A DNA stretch of 59,672 bases, filler included, from Sphacelaria rigidula (taxonomy: Eukaryota): assembly GCA_964200075.2 (NCBI GenBank). It is 8 parts of 8 records of this genome, joined end to end, with 100 filler letters (N's around TTAATTAATTAA, not from the genome) between each part and the next. Parts side by side here need not be neighbours in the genome. Positions count along the whole stretch, not along the records: positions 1 to 7,372 come from CAXNAA020015207.1; positions 7,473 to 14,844 come from CAXNAA020015208.1; 6 more parts are not named here. One strand, given 5' to 3'. The first letter of the stretch is position 1. Every line of letters starts with the position of its first letter. Of the stretch, positions 1 to 11,680 are shown piece by piece. A program made the translations under genes and the position numbers. The notes below the pieces were generated by a model, which had not been told where the DNA came from, did not search any database, and worked only from the letters and a program-made list of their open reading frames with translations.

Positions 1-829
1 AGATGCCCAGTACGAATGTACCGCGCAGATATCGGAACCGTTTTTAATGTGAAGATAACAACAACAGCAAGAAGGTAACTGGAATGTTACCGCAAAAATA
101 CGACAGCGCCAGCACCGTACCATTTCATGTATTCGCGCCATTACCCGCGGCCCGCCGTTGTGCCGACAGCAGGGGTACGGAGTAATACTAGTTCCAAAGC
201 CAATCGAACTGGGGTCATGTGGAGCAGGTAGCAATATTGTCTTCTTGTGATGAGATGTCTGGGGCGCGTCATGATCCGGTGTGGTGGTTTGGATAAACCA
301 GCCGCAGTTTCAGCCCCTCAAAGGATAAACGTGGTGTACAAGACCAATGCCCCCCTACAGGATAAGGGGTAGTAGTGAAGCGACAACCAGGGTCATGATC
401 AAAATCAGTCATGATCCAAATCACAGTCTCGTGAGGGAGGGAGGGGTTGGTGCAGTCACAGTACTGGTTGTGTGAGAAAATAATGTGTGTAGATATGTCA
501 ACGCGTTGTGTACTGAACTATTGAACCATCTCTCCTCGATCGCCGTGTGAAATGAAACATGTACTGTAGGGCAGCTTCCATTTTCAAACATGCAACCAAC
601 GCAGTAATCACATGACAGGCAATTTTTACAGAGGAGCATAGACGAGACGACTGAGCGCTATGAAAAATTGGAAACAGTTGTCGATCCATTCGTCTGTAGT
701 AGTGTGTAGCTGGAGCGTCCGTGCATTCTACCCTGAAGAGCATTTGTCGCGCAAACGATAGGTGTTCGTGGCAGTGTTGTACTGGACACAAGACAGTGTT
801 TTACCGAAAGACAGCATTTTTTCTTGTAG

Positions 830-1238
830 CACGCTCGAATCTTGTGGACTTCTACCTGCGAAGATGATGAGCGCAGCACTAGAGAGCGGCGTCTGTCTCC
901 ACTCTTCACACTGCCGCTCGCGATATCCGCGAAACAAACAGGCCTTCGATGCACGGGCAATGGAAAGGCGGAAGTCGAAACAGTTCGACGGCACAGACTT
1001 GGAACTGGACCAAGTGCAACAGCAACAGCAACGGCAGCAGTACAACGACGACGACGACGATGGTGTCGACAACGCTAACAGCTTCGGAGGTGAATCGGCG
1101 GCAGCAACTCCGTCGTCCCATGGTCTCCTGCGGCGCGAGGTGGCGCGAGCTTATAAGGAGGTGGCGAGTGCGGGCGAGGCTGTGTGCAAGGCTGGCGTGG
1201 ATGAGCTGGGCACTCTGTTGCGGCTTATGGAGGCTGAG
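830..1238 (+). CDS. Internal exon of an unidentified host gene (acidic/polyQ low-complexity segment followed by a predicted helical segment)
   Basis: Acceptor ttttttcttgtag ends at 829 and donor GAG|gtaata starts at 1239. Open frame, GC-rich codon usage (QQQQQRQQYNDDDDD...LLRREVARAYKEVASAGEAVCKAGVDELGTLLRLMEAE). No family recognised. Confidence 0.6.
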
Positions 1239-1389
1239 GTAATAGGTGGTGTCGGCGTAAAGGGTTATTGTTGTCGTCGTCGTCGTCGTCGTTGTTGTTG
1301 CCTTCACACTAAAAACTCGTTTGGGTGTCCACGCAGTACTTCGTACTGGGCATCTGATGCGGAAGTCTTCCGTTGTAACAGGCTAACTT

Positions 1390-1545
1390 GCTGAAAACAA
1401 AGTATAAGGAAATAAATAAATGAAAAATCGGACCCAGAAAAATCCACACAGACGCGATACAAGAGAAGAAGTAATACTGCCAACCTGATTGGTCCGGTGT
1501 CGCAGGCGACCATTCGGACTGCTGGAGGCAGAGCCCAATGTAGGT
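1390..1545. repeat. Dispersed repeat, diverged copy of 44930-45085
   Basis: Shared blocks aatcgga(c/t)ccagaaa.at.cacacagacgc.atac and cattcgg.ct.ctggaggca at both loci. Confidence 0.55.
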
Positions 1546-1842
1546 TGTCAAAATCATGTCTGTGGACCATGGGTTTGTCGCATAATATATTCTGCTCTGG
1601 CGTCACTGACCTGCAGTTGTTTCATACTCGACCACTGGTCCGACAAGGGGTTGATGAAATGATTGAAACAACACAAAGTTGTCTTCTGTGGGGTATATAT
1701 CGCGGAAGCGGTGGATTTTTGGTTGGCACACCCAATATATTGTGTAACGAATATTTTGGTATGGTTTGCCAGGGCGTTCACCTGTCAGATATCCGTATCA
1801 TACCTATGTAAATATCTTACACGGGAACCATAGGTAATGAAT

Positions 1843-2256
1843 GTACCGTACCGTGCGTACCCGTACCCCCGGTATTTACCGGGGAATCCCATACCGTGGC
1901 GTGGGTATCCTAGGTATGAGTTTTGAAAAACCTGATCGAGCGGGCACGGTAGGTAATGAAATCTCGAAATACTGTGGTATCGTGGGTATCGTTGGTATGA
2001 GCTTTGAAAATAACTGATTGAGCGGGTACGGTAAACACTGGTATCTCGAAATACCGTGGCATCGTGGGTATCGTGGGTATCGTGGGTATGACATCTGGAA
2101 ATAACCGGTTGGGCAGGTATGGCAGGTACTGGTGTCTTGAAATACCGTGGTATCGGGGGTATCGTAGGTATGACATTTGAAAATACCCGATTGGGTCGGT
2201 ATCGGTGGGGTATGAGATGTCCCAAATTCGGGTACCGGGTACCTGCCCTACCCTGT
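1843..2256. mobile_element. Non-autonomous DNA-transposon-like element with internal ~81-bp tandem units (copy 1)
   Basis: About 4 units of TTTGAAAA..CCGATTGAGCGGGTACGGTAGGTACTG..ATCTCGAAATACCGTGGTATCGTGGGTATCG. Shares unique ends (ccggtatttacc... and gggtatgagatgtcccaaat...ggtacct.ccctacc) with copy 2. Confidence 0.65.
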
Positions 2257-2534
2257 ATAACGATTTCAAAACTGTTATCCGGCAGCGTTTAAGGACGTGT
2301 CTCAGCACTTTTTTTCGATCGAAGAAATGGGGTGGTGGAACTGATCGATTTTTTTTTGTCGACTTGGGGCCAGGCGAATTTTCAAGCCTTCGACAAAAAA
2401 AAAAGACAGTGAAGTTTGTGAAACGGTACACGATCACCCTTGTATAGTATAGTACAGTCTGTACTGTCTGCACTGCTTGCAAACAGTGTTTATTGAATAC
2501 ATGTGTGCGTGTTTCGTAGAGTAGGATTTTCAAG

Positions 2535-2845
2535 ACAAGCGGGCGACGTGCACTGCAGACAGCCCAGGACTATCAGTTCTCTCTGCTTACAATGCGACCT
2601 GAAGGGGACTTACAGCTTTGTACGGCCGGCCCTGTCGATGAGCATGTGCGCAACTCGGTCGCCCATCGTATCACGCAGTTCCGTCGCTGATCCTACCATG
2701 AAAGGAGATGCGTAAGTTTTCACCAACTAAAAATTAACAAAGCATGCCCAACTACTGCAGTGTATCCATCCTTGGCTCAATTCTTGCTCGATGCTGCAGG
2801 GTCGCGGTCGTAGCTGAGAATGAGTTGGATGAAGTTAGCATGGTT
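2535..2845 (-). repeat. Decayed dispersed repeat with residual coding signal, homologous to 35130-35520
   Basis: Collinear similarity, e.g. cccaactactgcagtgtat...gctgcaggg.tgcggt.gtagctg.gaat and cttacaatgc..cctgaa...ctttgtac, at both loci. Confidence 0.6.
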
Positions 2846-3219
2846 CTATCAACGGGTGTTATCTGACGTGGTGATCTGCAAGATAGGAGTCAAGTGCCGC
2901 TTCGTGCCTTTCGACCACATGTTTTCGATCGAAAAAGCTAAGATTTCTTGTTTTGTAGTTTTTCTCCGCGCGTTACTAATTATAAATTTGAGTTGAAGCC
3001 TTCTAAAAACAGAAATGCGGTGGACCTATCGGATCGAGAAAATCTCGATCACACTTCAGACTACATGATAATAGGTTCATTGAGTTTGATCCAAACACGA
3101 AAATTAGGGGGAATCTGGGTGTGTATTACTTGTCTAAACAAGAAGTACCTGTTCCGACAGTTTCTGGCCTTTGCATAAGTTGGGACCAGCTGCTGCATCG
3201 TGAGGAGTGAGTGCATCGC

Positions 3220-3756
3220 GTCCGGTATTTACCGGGTATACCCCCGGTATTTACCTGGATATCCCATACCATGATATGCGTGGGTATCGTAGGTGTGAAT
3301 TTTGAAAATACCCGATTGGGTGGGTACCGTAGGTGCTGAAATCTCGAATTACCGTGGCATTGTAGGTGTTGTAGGTGTGAGTTTTGAAAACACCTGATTG
3401 AGCGGGTACGGCAGGTACTGAAATCTCGAAATACCGTGGTATCGTAGGTATCGTAGGTATGAATTTTGAAAATACCCGATTGGGCGGGTACGGTAGGTAC
3501 TGGTATCTCGAAATACCGTGGTATCGTGGGTATCGTGGGTATGAGTGTTGAAAATCCCCGATTGAGCGGGTACGGTAGGTACTGGTATCTCGAAATACCG
3601 TGGGATCGTGGGTATGGTAGGTACTGACATATCGACATATAGTGTCATCTTGGGTATCGTGAGTATAACATCTGAAAATACCCAGTTGGACCGGTATCGG
3701 TAGGGTATGAGATGTCCCAAATACCGGTACGGGGTACCTACCCTACCTACGGTACC
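3220..3756. mobile_element. Non-autonomous DNA-transposon-like element with ~81-bp tandem units (copy 2)
   Basis: Same unit and same terminal sequences as 1843-2256, with about 5 units. Confidence 0.65.
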
Positions 3757-3837
3757 TGTGATATCTCACTATTGAGCTGGTAGACTATACAACATACCCT
3801 TGCAAGAATGCTGAAGTGTAACTCACGTATGACCCAT

Positions 3838-3867
3838 GTGTGGTGTGTGTGTGTGTGTGTGTGTGTG
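3838..3867. repeat. (TG)n microsatellite
   Basis: Direct TG run. Confidence 0.9.
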
Positions 3868-4686
3868 TAAACATACCGTTGGTTGGGAGGATTCGAAAGG
3901 AAGACACGATGCGGAGTTGATTGCCATATGCAGGTTGTTTCTTCGTTTTCATACGCCCTAGAGCATAGTTTTGTTGTGTGTTTTGCTCTCATCTGTGAAA
4001 TAATGGCTATAATGCCTGGTTCATTCGACAAGCTTCGAAACCCATTATGATGCACGTTACAACGGCAACTTGATGCAGAACCGGCCGCTCCAACCGGCGC
4101 GTAGTGTGTCCTAAATGGTACCACTACGGCCGTACCACCTAGACGCACCGTGTACGGCCGCGGTATGCCATGTTCGCTTCCTGTGTGCCCAACCATCAAA
4201 CGCTTTTATTTCACCCTCACACAATTGCAAACAAACGCTTTCAAGGGTGTGTTGAATAGGGTCAACGCCCGGGTATTCACTTCCCATTTTTTTGTGTTGC
4301 TATAGTCCGATCCCGAGGCTCTACCCAAAGTGTGGGTGAAGTTACCTACGATCGTATTGCTTTGCCCAATATCTGGCTTTTGTTGGAAACGATCTCGATA
4401 CTCCGCCCAAATTTTGAGTGCTTAGAGGACGATTGAAAACAAAAAACAAGTTTAGGAAATACCCTCCCCAACGCACACCTTGTACGCTTCTCCATCCGAG
4501 TCGCCTTGCCTGCAACCTGGTCTCGTCCGTCTCGCCGCTGACCCATTCTGCCTGCGCGATGCGCACTGTTGTTCAGTTGGTCTCGTTGAGCTTTTTTTTT
4601 TTTTGTGGCAATGTTTATTTGTGTGTCCAATGACTATCGCACGCAGGTACGTCTGGGTTTGTCTTTGGACATTTTCCCCTTGGCAG

Positions 4687-4727
4687 GCGCTTGCATGGAT
4701 GGAGCGAGGATGGGGCGATGGGGGCAG
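4687..4727 (+). CDS. Candidate micro-exon
   Basis: ttttccccttggcag| acceptor and |gtatgt donor, 41 nt apart. No homology support. Confidence 0.3.
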
Positions 4728-4886
4728 GTATGTATATGTAAATAAATGGCTCTGCGGTTATATAACCCGTTTTCAGACATTTTCTGCACCTTATATATTT
4801 TTTAAATGGTAAAGATTAGTACTGTCATTCGGTTACCATCTAGCACCACAGAAGCATAATTTGAAAGGTAACCTGCAAGTATTGCA

Positions 4887-5482
4887 CACCCTCGACAAAA
4901 TAGGGGCAATATTCGCAATAAAGAAACACTGTACTGTGTAGAGTGTAGGCCTCATGCAACTATTTTCGGTCGTGCCATATATGCGATAGGCGTATACTTT
5001 ACGCAGTATGATTTTTTTCACTGCAACTATGCTGACCGCCTTCTGTCCAGGGTGTGAAGTATCGTACACCCTGGACAAGAGAGTACGTTGACAAAAATTT
5101 TAGCGCCTACAGTAGAGAATCCCTTGTCTTGTACCGGACAAACCATTTCATCAGCAAAATGCATACTGTACGCAACACACTTTTTGTCATTGTAAATGCA
5201 ATCTATCTATAGTCATTGTCCAGGATGCGGTATCTTTCAGTTCCAGCACCAGTTCCAGCACCATACCCAAGGTTGTTCTATGAGCCCCCCTCCGAAACAA
5301 GAAATACACAGGGGGTGGCATACCTTTCACACCCTGGACGATATATGACGTTGGCAAAACGTGTACCGCCTTTGGTACCGAATCCATTGTCTATTGTACT
5401 GGACATTAGCTTACCTCAGCAAAACGTTGTACCGTATAACCTTTGCCAATGTAATTGCAATCGATTGTGTGTGTCCAGGATG
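4887..5482. mobile_element. Cluster of three short (~155-170 bp) MITE-like elements with CACCCTGGACA...TGTCCAGG(G/A)TG termini (4887-5054, 5067-5227, 5330-5482)
   Basis: Each element is bounded by 11-bp imperfect inverted termini. The second and third are collinear homologues internally. Confidence 0.65.
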
Positions 5483-6534
5483 GAAAGTATTGTCTGACGG
5501 GTTTGACAGGGTACAGAGAAATGGCTCACCTGTTTTCTTCTCTATTCGGGCAATAATCTTTTTGAAAAAAACCATGAGCAGGAATTACCTCTCGTGTGGT
5601 GTTTTTTGTCGGAGCAACATCAGTACAGTGCAGTACTGTACTGTACTTTTTTATCACACAATGGCCGAGTACATCTTACTGTACCCTACATTCGAAGATG
5701 AACACAGCACACCGCGCGATAGTGGTGACCCTACGACTTCGGTCGGTATCCTCAACTGCGGTGCCGCATGACTTCTGTTTTGAAATCATTGGATCAATCA
5801 AGTGTTCACATTTGCCGTTGTTATTAGTATTTTACAGCTAAAGATAAAAACAAATTTGATGAGCCCACGGGCTGCTGGAGTGAGAGGTGATCAATGCTTG
5901 ATAGCAGAGATAAATATGGGCATCAGGGACAGGTGGGCTGATCGCTTGGCGCTACAAACTCGTCTCCAGTAGGGGCGGGGTGGGGGGGTCTTAGATTGTG
6001 GCAAAATTTTGATTCTTCATTTCATGTTTTTTTTTTTGTCGGTATGCACCCGTACGGTCTCCGGCCGAAATCGTTGTAGGTCAATGTGGGCAGTTTGTAT
6101 GAGAAATGGAGATTGTGGTGCAATATTTACTTGATATTTCAGTCATTTCAAGTCGCCCGCCGACATGGATAATGTAATGTTTGTGACTACTGCGACAAGT
6201 TTTATTTTTTGATATTTTTTTTGCACGCTGCATATTTGTGGATAATGTAAGTCGAATCCCTCTTTTCTTCTTCTTCTTTTCATCGAAACTCTCAGAACTG
6301 TTCTGCCCGTTGTAGTTTAGATCAACACCATTAGAACACTTTTTTTTCCTTCTTTGACTACTGTGTACGACAAGCACCGTGGCTCCACGTAGACCTCTCA
6401 CCATCTTTATTTGCATTCTTAGGCTGTGACCTTTATACCTGTTGCTGTTGTTGTAGGCTGATTCGCTTGTACATGAGCCGTTCGCGTTGGTTGCTTTCGT
6501 GCGATGTGCTCTGGTGTTCTTTGTTGTTGTTCAG

Positions 6535-6585
6535 GAAGGACCAGAGGCGATCGCTACCCTGGAAACCTCGCTCGAGGCGTCCTTG
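6535..6585 (+). CDS. Candidate 51-nt exon (EGPEAIATLETSLEASL), possibly of the same gene as 830-1238
   Basis: ttgttgttgttcag| acceptor and |gtatgt donor. Phase 0/0, compatible with the phase-0 end of exon 830-1238. Confidence 0.45.
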
Positions 6586-7472
6586 GTATGTCTCATGATC
6601 GCTACAAGCCCGGGCCTAGACAGAAGGTTGCTGTCCGATGAGCTGGTTGACTCTTGCCTGGGCCTGTTCAGGTGATCATTGTTTCTTTTCCCCTTATTTT
6701 TATTTTCTGTTTTGTTTTTCTGCTTTCCCTTATTCTTTCTCCTTCTGTTACTCGTTTCCGTTTCGTCTTCTGTTTGTTTTCTGTTGCATTTTCGTGTTTT
6801 CTCTGTTGCTGGTTTTTTCTGTTCCATTTTCTTTCATTTTTTTCTTCTTCTTTACTCTTCTTATTTCTTGTTCCTTTCTTCTCATTTTCTCCTTTTGTGC
6901 TCTTGTCTTTGTTGATGTGTTATTGGCTTTGTGGTGTCTTAGGTGTCGTGACTTTGGTTTGATTTCATTTCATTTGATTTCATTTGATGTTTTGTTCTAT
7001 TTCTGGCTCTATTTCCCCTTTGTGTGCAACGTTTGATTTTACCCTATGGGCAGCTGGAGTTACATAGGTCAATAGCGAAGCATGACAGTGACATTTGTGA
7101 GTTTCAAAGGTGTTGTTACACTCTTCGCATAGGAAGAACTGTTGTTGGAATTCCTGCTGTTCTAGGTCATTGTGTATGGTATCTATGCACGGATGTGCTC
7201 TTGTAGTAGTATTTATGCCTTTACTTCCACCAACGCCTTCATAGTAGCATTTGTATTATATCTTCACAGTTATCATTTTATAGTATTTCTATGATTCAAA
7301 TATTCCGAGGGTCGGACAAATAATTATTCATCTGTGAATTACTTGGTTTTAGTGTGATGAGTCGACTCGTGANNNNNNNNNNNNNNNNNNNNNNNNNNNN
7401 NNNNNNNNNNNNNNNNTTAATTAATTAANNNNNNNNNNNNNNNNNNNNNNNNNNNNNNNNNNNNNNNNNNNN

Positions 7473-8270
7473 CAAATTATACTCTGCAACATCACGATCC
7501 AGACGCTGATGTCCACCTGTATTTTTGCGTTCGAATACCGTTGAAGGTAACCTAGGCATGCGTCCAATATGAATTTCATTCGGCGACAATCCCGTAGCGG
7601 CATTGACTGAATTGTTGTAGTTCATCTGGACAAGAGGCAGGTGCAGATCCCAGTCCATCTATCTCTCATTTACTACAGCAGTATGCATCTGTGCCATCGT
7701 ATGGTTCACTCGTTCCGTTCCACTGTTGGTGGAAGGGTGATATGAACTGGTAAAAATGCGATGGGCATCAAAAAGGTCACTGACGGCGGCTGAAAGTTTG
7801 CCTGAAAAATGCGGGCCGTTGTCAAACAGTAAGCGTTTGGGCACACCCCACAGTGGGATGTATATGTAGACAAGAATGTTGGCGGTACCTTCCACGGTAT
7901 AACTACTGGGGGGGACGGCGTGCATCACCGCATGCCGACTAAATCTATCCGTAAACAACAAAATATACTTATTTCCACTATACGTCAGGGGCAAAGCACC
8001 AAAATAGTCCCACGAAACTACTTCACCAGGCCCGTTTGGAAGTGGCATGGAAACAATCGGCCAACGAACTATTTGACGAGAAGTTTTTCGCGCCTGACAT
8101 AAAAGACAACGCCTCACCCACCAAAGACAACACTGATCCATACAAATCCACCAATGAAAGCGTTCCAACATCTGGAAGGTCCTAATGGCGCCTAAATGAG
8201 TCGATGCCTGTGAATGGTATTTGTGTAGAACCCATGGGCGCAGTAGCATCGGGACGTAGATGCGGATGGG
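7473..8270 (-). pseudogene. Gypsy integrase (HHCC zinc finger + DDE core), interrupted by a stop at ~7660 and truncated by the gap
   Basis: H..HLG...CLLCQARK; DYFGALP; LFTDRFSR; DNGPHF; SSYHPSTNSGTERVNHT; WDLHLP.V...YNNSVNAATGLSPNE. Confidence 0.92.
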
Positions 8271-9269
8271 TTAATCACCTAGCAAGCGGGCATGTCGACT
8301 TGTAGGCTTCCCCCTGGGGAGGGCTGCTGTGGTCCGGCGAACTAACAGAACTATTCCATCATCATCCGTATGCAGCATACCTTTCCTTGAAAGTTTAGTA
8401 ACTTCATCCTGTGTGGGCGCTTTGAGATTCCCGACTGGCAAAAGGAATTCGGTTTCTGAGAAAGGACATGGACAACCTTTCGATAGATATTGGATAGCTG
8501 ATTTACAAGCAGGTTCTGCCTGTTGTTCCCAGGCCCAACCGGCGTCGGAGAAGAGAGTCAAACGCTCCTTGAATACGCCATCTGTTGAAGCGTCGACTTC
8601 GTGTGGGATCGGTTCGGGGCGGGGTTGGCACGAGGCGGTGATTTCGGAATCAAGGGTGAGCCTACCAGTTGGTGTACTCTCAGACGGAACGTTAACGTCT
8701 ACTCCTGCGTCAATTAGCGTGGAGGGTGTTGTGGTGGTGTTCGCAATATCATCACCACGGGAGGGGGGCATAGCCGTGGTTTCGGCTATGGTTGGCAGGA
8801 ACGGCACGGTCGGCGTCGATATTCTGGGGGCCTTGCGTCGCGGAGGCTGCGGGGACGCAAGGAAACTATCGGGGACCGGCGTGGGGGCAGGGAGGGGAAG
8901 GTCAGGACTAGATGCGGCTCATTTGGTGGCCGTTTCGGCGGTTCGCCGTCCACGAGTCCTACTCGAAATTAAATCTCGAACTTGAACTTGTATGACGGAG
9001 TCAGCCAAGGACGGTTCTACACCTGCTGCGAAAACCATGCGCTGTCCAGTTGCACGAAAATGATCATAGCCAACAGTATTCGTAGACAGTCCATTCCAAA
9101 CTGAGTACAACGATGGAGGTTGGAAGCTGCCTAGGACTGATGCGTGGGCTGTGGTCGTCAGCCCACCCATGCCTAAAGCCGGCGTTTCTCTCAGTGAAAG
9201 TGGTGTGTAGAGACCTTTATGTCCATTCCTGCTCATGAAATATACGATGTCTTCGGTGGGATTGGTACT

Positions 9270-9800
9270 ACGTCCCATGGGGGATTCATCGATAGGTTGA
9301 GCTGGTGTGGGCAAGCGTGACAGGAAGTCGGCGTTTGCATTCGGGGGACCTGTGCGGTACTTCAGTTGAAACTTGTAAGACGACAGGATTTCGAACCAGC
9401 GTTGGACCCTAGCGTTGTGTTCCGCCATTTTGGCAAGGCTTTCCAAAGACTTGTGATCGGTATAAATCAAAAACGGGATGTCATACAAATACTGACGCAG
9501 ACGTCGCACGCCCCAAACAGCTGCGCCGGCCTCTTGTTCCATGACAGACCAATTCTGTTTATTCGGAAACGTGGTGCGACTCAGATAGACAATGGGACGA
9601 ACAGTAGCATCGACTTGCTCCTGTTCTAATGTGCAGGCAAACGCAATTTTGGAAGAATCTGTGTGGAGCCGGAAAGGGCGGGAACCCTGCTCCGCGGCCG
9701 ACCAGTCGGGGAAGACGAGAATCGGCGGGTGCGAAAGGGTGTCAAGGAGGCGGCGGACTGTTTTTTCCATTTCCAATGTGAACACAAATTTCACCCCTTT
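9270..9800 (-). pseudogene. Gypsy RNase H domain
   Basis: PFRLHTDSS; LEQ; NWSVMEQEAGAAVWGV; FLIYTDHKSL; NANADFLSR. Confidence 0.92.
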
Positions 9801-10620
9801 TTTTGAGGAGGGTGGTGCGGGGTTTGAGCTTTTGGGCAAGGTTTGGCGAGTACTGTCTGTAGTAGCTTAGACCTCCCAACAAGGAACGTAGTTGAGAAAT
9901 GTCCCGTGGCATGGGCATATCGGAGAGTACGGCGACCTTGTCGAGGTTTGGGCCACGACCTTCGGGGGTGATGCAATGGCCCAAGAACTCAATCTTCGTG
10001 GCGCCAATGCGGGATTTGGAGGGTGCGAGTTTCAAGTTGTGTTGTTCAAACCGATTGAAAAATGATGCCAACTGTTCGACGTGTTCAGCCGTTGTGGAGT
10101 CGTGGCACACCGCATCATCAAGGTACATATGGCATTTGGGCATTTCATCAGTTACACGAAACATTGCACGTTGAAACGCACCTGGAGCTCCGGCGGCATC
10201 TTGTGGTGTAACCAATCACTCGTATAAATCTGATGGTGTGCAAAACGCTGTCAGTTCAATGGAATTTGGATCCATCACGAGCTGGTGGTAGCCGGACTGC
10301 ATGTCAAAGTTCGAAAATACTTTACCCCCGCTACGAGAGTCAATAATTTCATCAATCCGTGGAAGTGACAGCCGGGCGATTTTGGTGACAGCGTTCAATC
10401 GTTGATAATTGACCGTCAGTCTGATTTTGTCATTCTTTTTACGGACGACTACTAAAGGCGAGGCCCATGGAGTCGTCGAGTGCCGAATCAAACCGGCGGA
10501 TAAGTAACCATCGAGAATTACCTGGATCTTATCCGCTAAGAGGGGGCTCGTACGGTACGGACGCATAGCGATAGGTGGAGTGCTATCAGGAATCTCGATC
10601 TTGAAGGATGTCGTGGTACA
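9800..10620 (-). pseudogene. Gypsy reverse transcriptase (stop at ~10216, frameshift near 9840)
   Basis: PWASPLVVVRKK..IRLTVNYQRLN; FDMQSGYHQL; TAFCTP; PQ..AGAPGAFQR; YLDD; IEFLGH; LRSLLGGLSYYR. Confidence 0.95.
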
Positions 10621-11359
10621 TCCACCTAAATCCAAGGGTGCAGTAGAAAACCGTTCACAGTATCTCATCAAGATGGATTTCAATCTATCGATTACAGTGG
10701 GTGTCCAACCATCGCCAGATAGATCAAAAACAATATGCTGTAAGTGAGGGGGAATGTCATCCCACAACGTTTGAAAACTGGCGCGTTGTTTTGGAGAAAA
10801 TCTATCCAGTAAGGCAGTTGGGGGTTGAGGGTCAGGCGCATCCGGTGGATTTGTCACCACCGTGGGGTCAGGTATGTGTAGCGGAGGGGGGCCCGTGGAT
10901 TTCGGGGGGTCGGTCGGTGAGTTGTTGTTCGCCGGGGGGCACACATCTGACAGGGTGGTTCGTATGAGAGGCGCTTGAGCATAACCCAACAACTGACCGT
11001 TGAGTATATCGAAACATGCAGGGGACGTGAGGTAAATGGCCTGCCTACCTTCGTGGGCAAAGACTTCGGTCTGTTCAAACGGACCAACCTGTGCTTGGTC
11101 AAGTTTGAGCAACTCGACCAAATAATGTCCTGTGAGGGCGGGCGATCCATTGCGTCTCACGAGGTTCACTTGAATTAGTTGGGGTTGACGAGAAAGCGAG
11201 ACTACAGGTTCACCAACATAGTACAGACGGAAAGCATTACCTGTTTGCGTGGGGTCATCCTCATAAGCATGAGCTCCCGAATCAGTGTCGAAGTGACCCA
11301 GTGACAGTTTGCCTGTGACTGGACGCTTCGGGACAGGTGTGTCCGTCGTATACGTATGT

Positions 11360-11680
11360 GTGGAAAAACGAAGCCAACTATCTCGACCCAACAAAACATC
11401 AAAAGACATGGAACCGTCGGGCACGATTAGTACCCATACGGACAACCGAGCAGTGGGAGTAGTATCCTGGTAGAATTGTACACTTAGTCTCACCGATTGA
11501 TTAACCGTAAGAGATGTGGAGGAACCAAACCCACCAAACACACGAGGGTGCACGGTGGACAATGCTTGTCCGCCGCGCCCGCGTTGATCATCTGATGCCA
11601 GCAGCTGGCTGTGATGAGCGTTTGAGGTGAACCAGAGTCTGGTAGTGCAAGAGCTATCAAATGACAGTTTGCACGCGCTC
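11360..11680 (-). pseudogene. Gypsy aspartic protease (frameshifted)
   Basis: ALPDSGSPQTLI catalytic motif and downstream DVLLGRDSW in adjacent frames. Confidence 0.8.

Noticed and set aside
1785-3720. Long minus-strand ORFs (IPTIPRYFEI repeats)
   Set aside because: By-products of the strand-biased 81-bp tandem repeat.
6638-7036. Phe/Leu-rich 'membrane protein' ORFs
   Set aside because: T-rich low-complexity sequence open in several frames at once.
7373-7472. TTAATTAATTAA flanked by N runs, recurring at ~14845, 22317, 29789, 37260, 44731 and 52202
   Set aside because: Artificial six-frame-stop gap linker recurring at a near-constant ~7.47-kb spacing; not biological.
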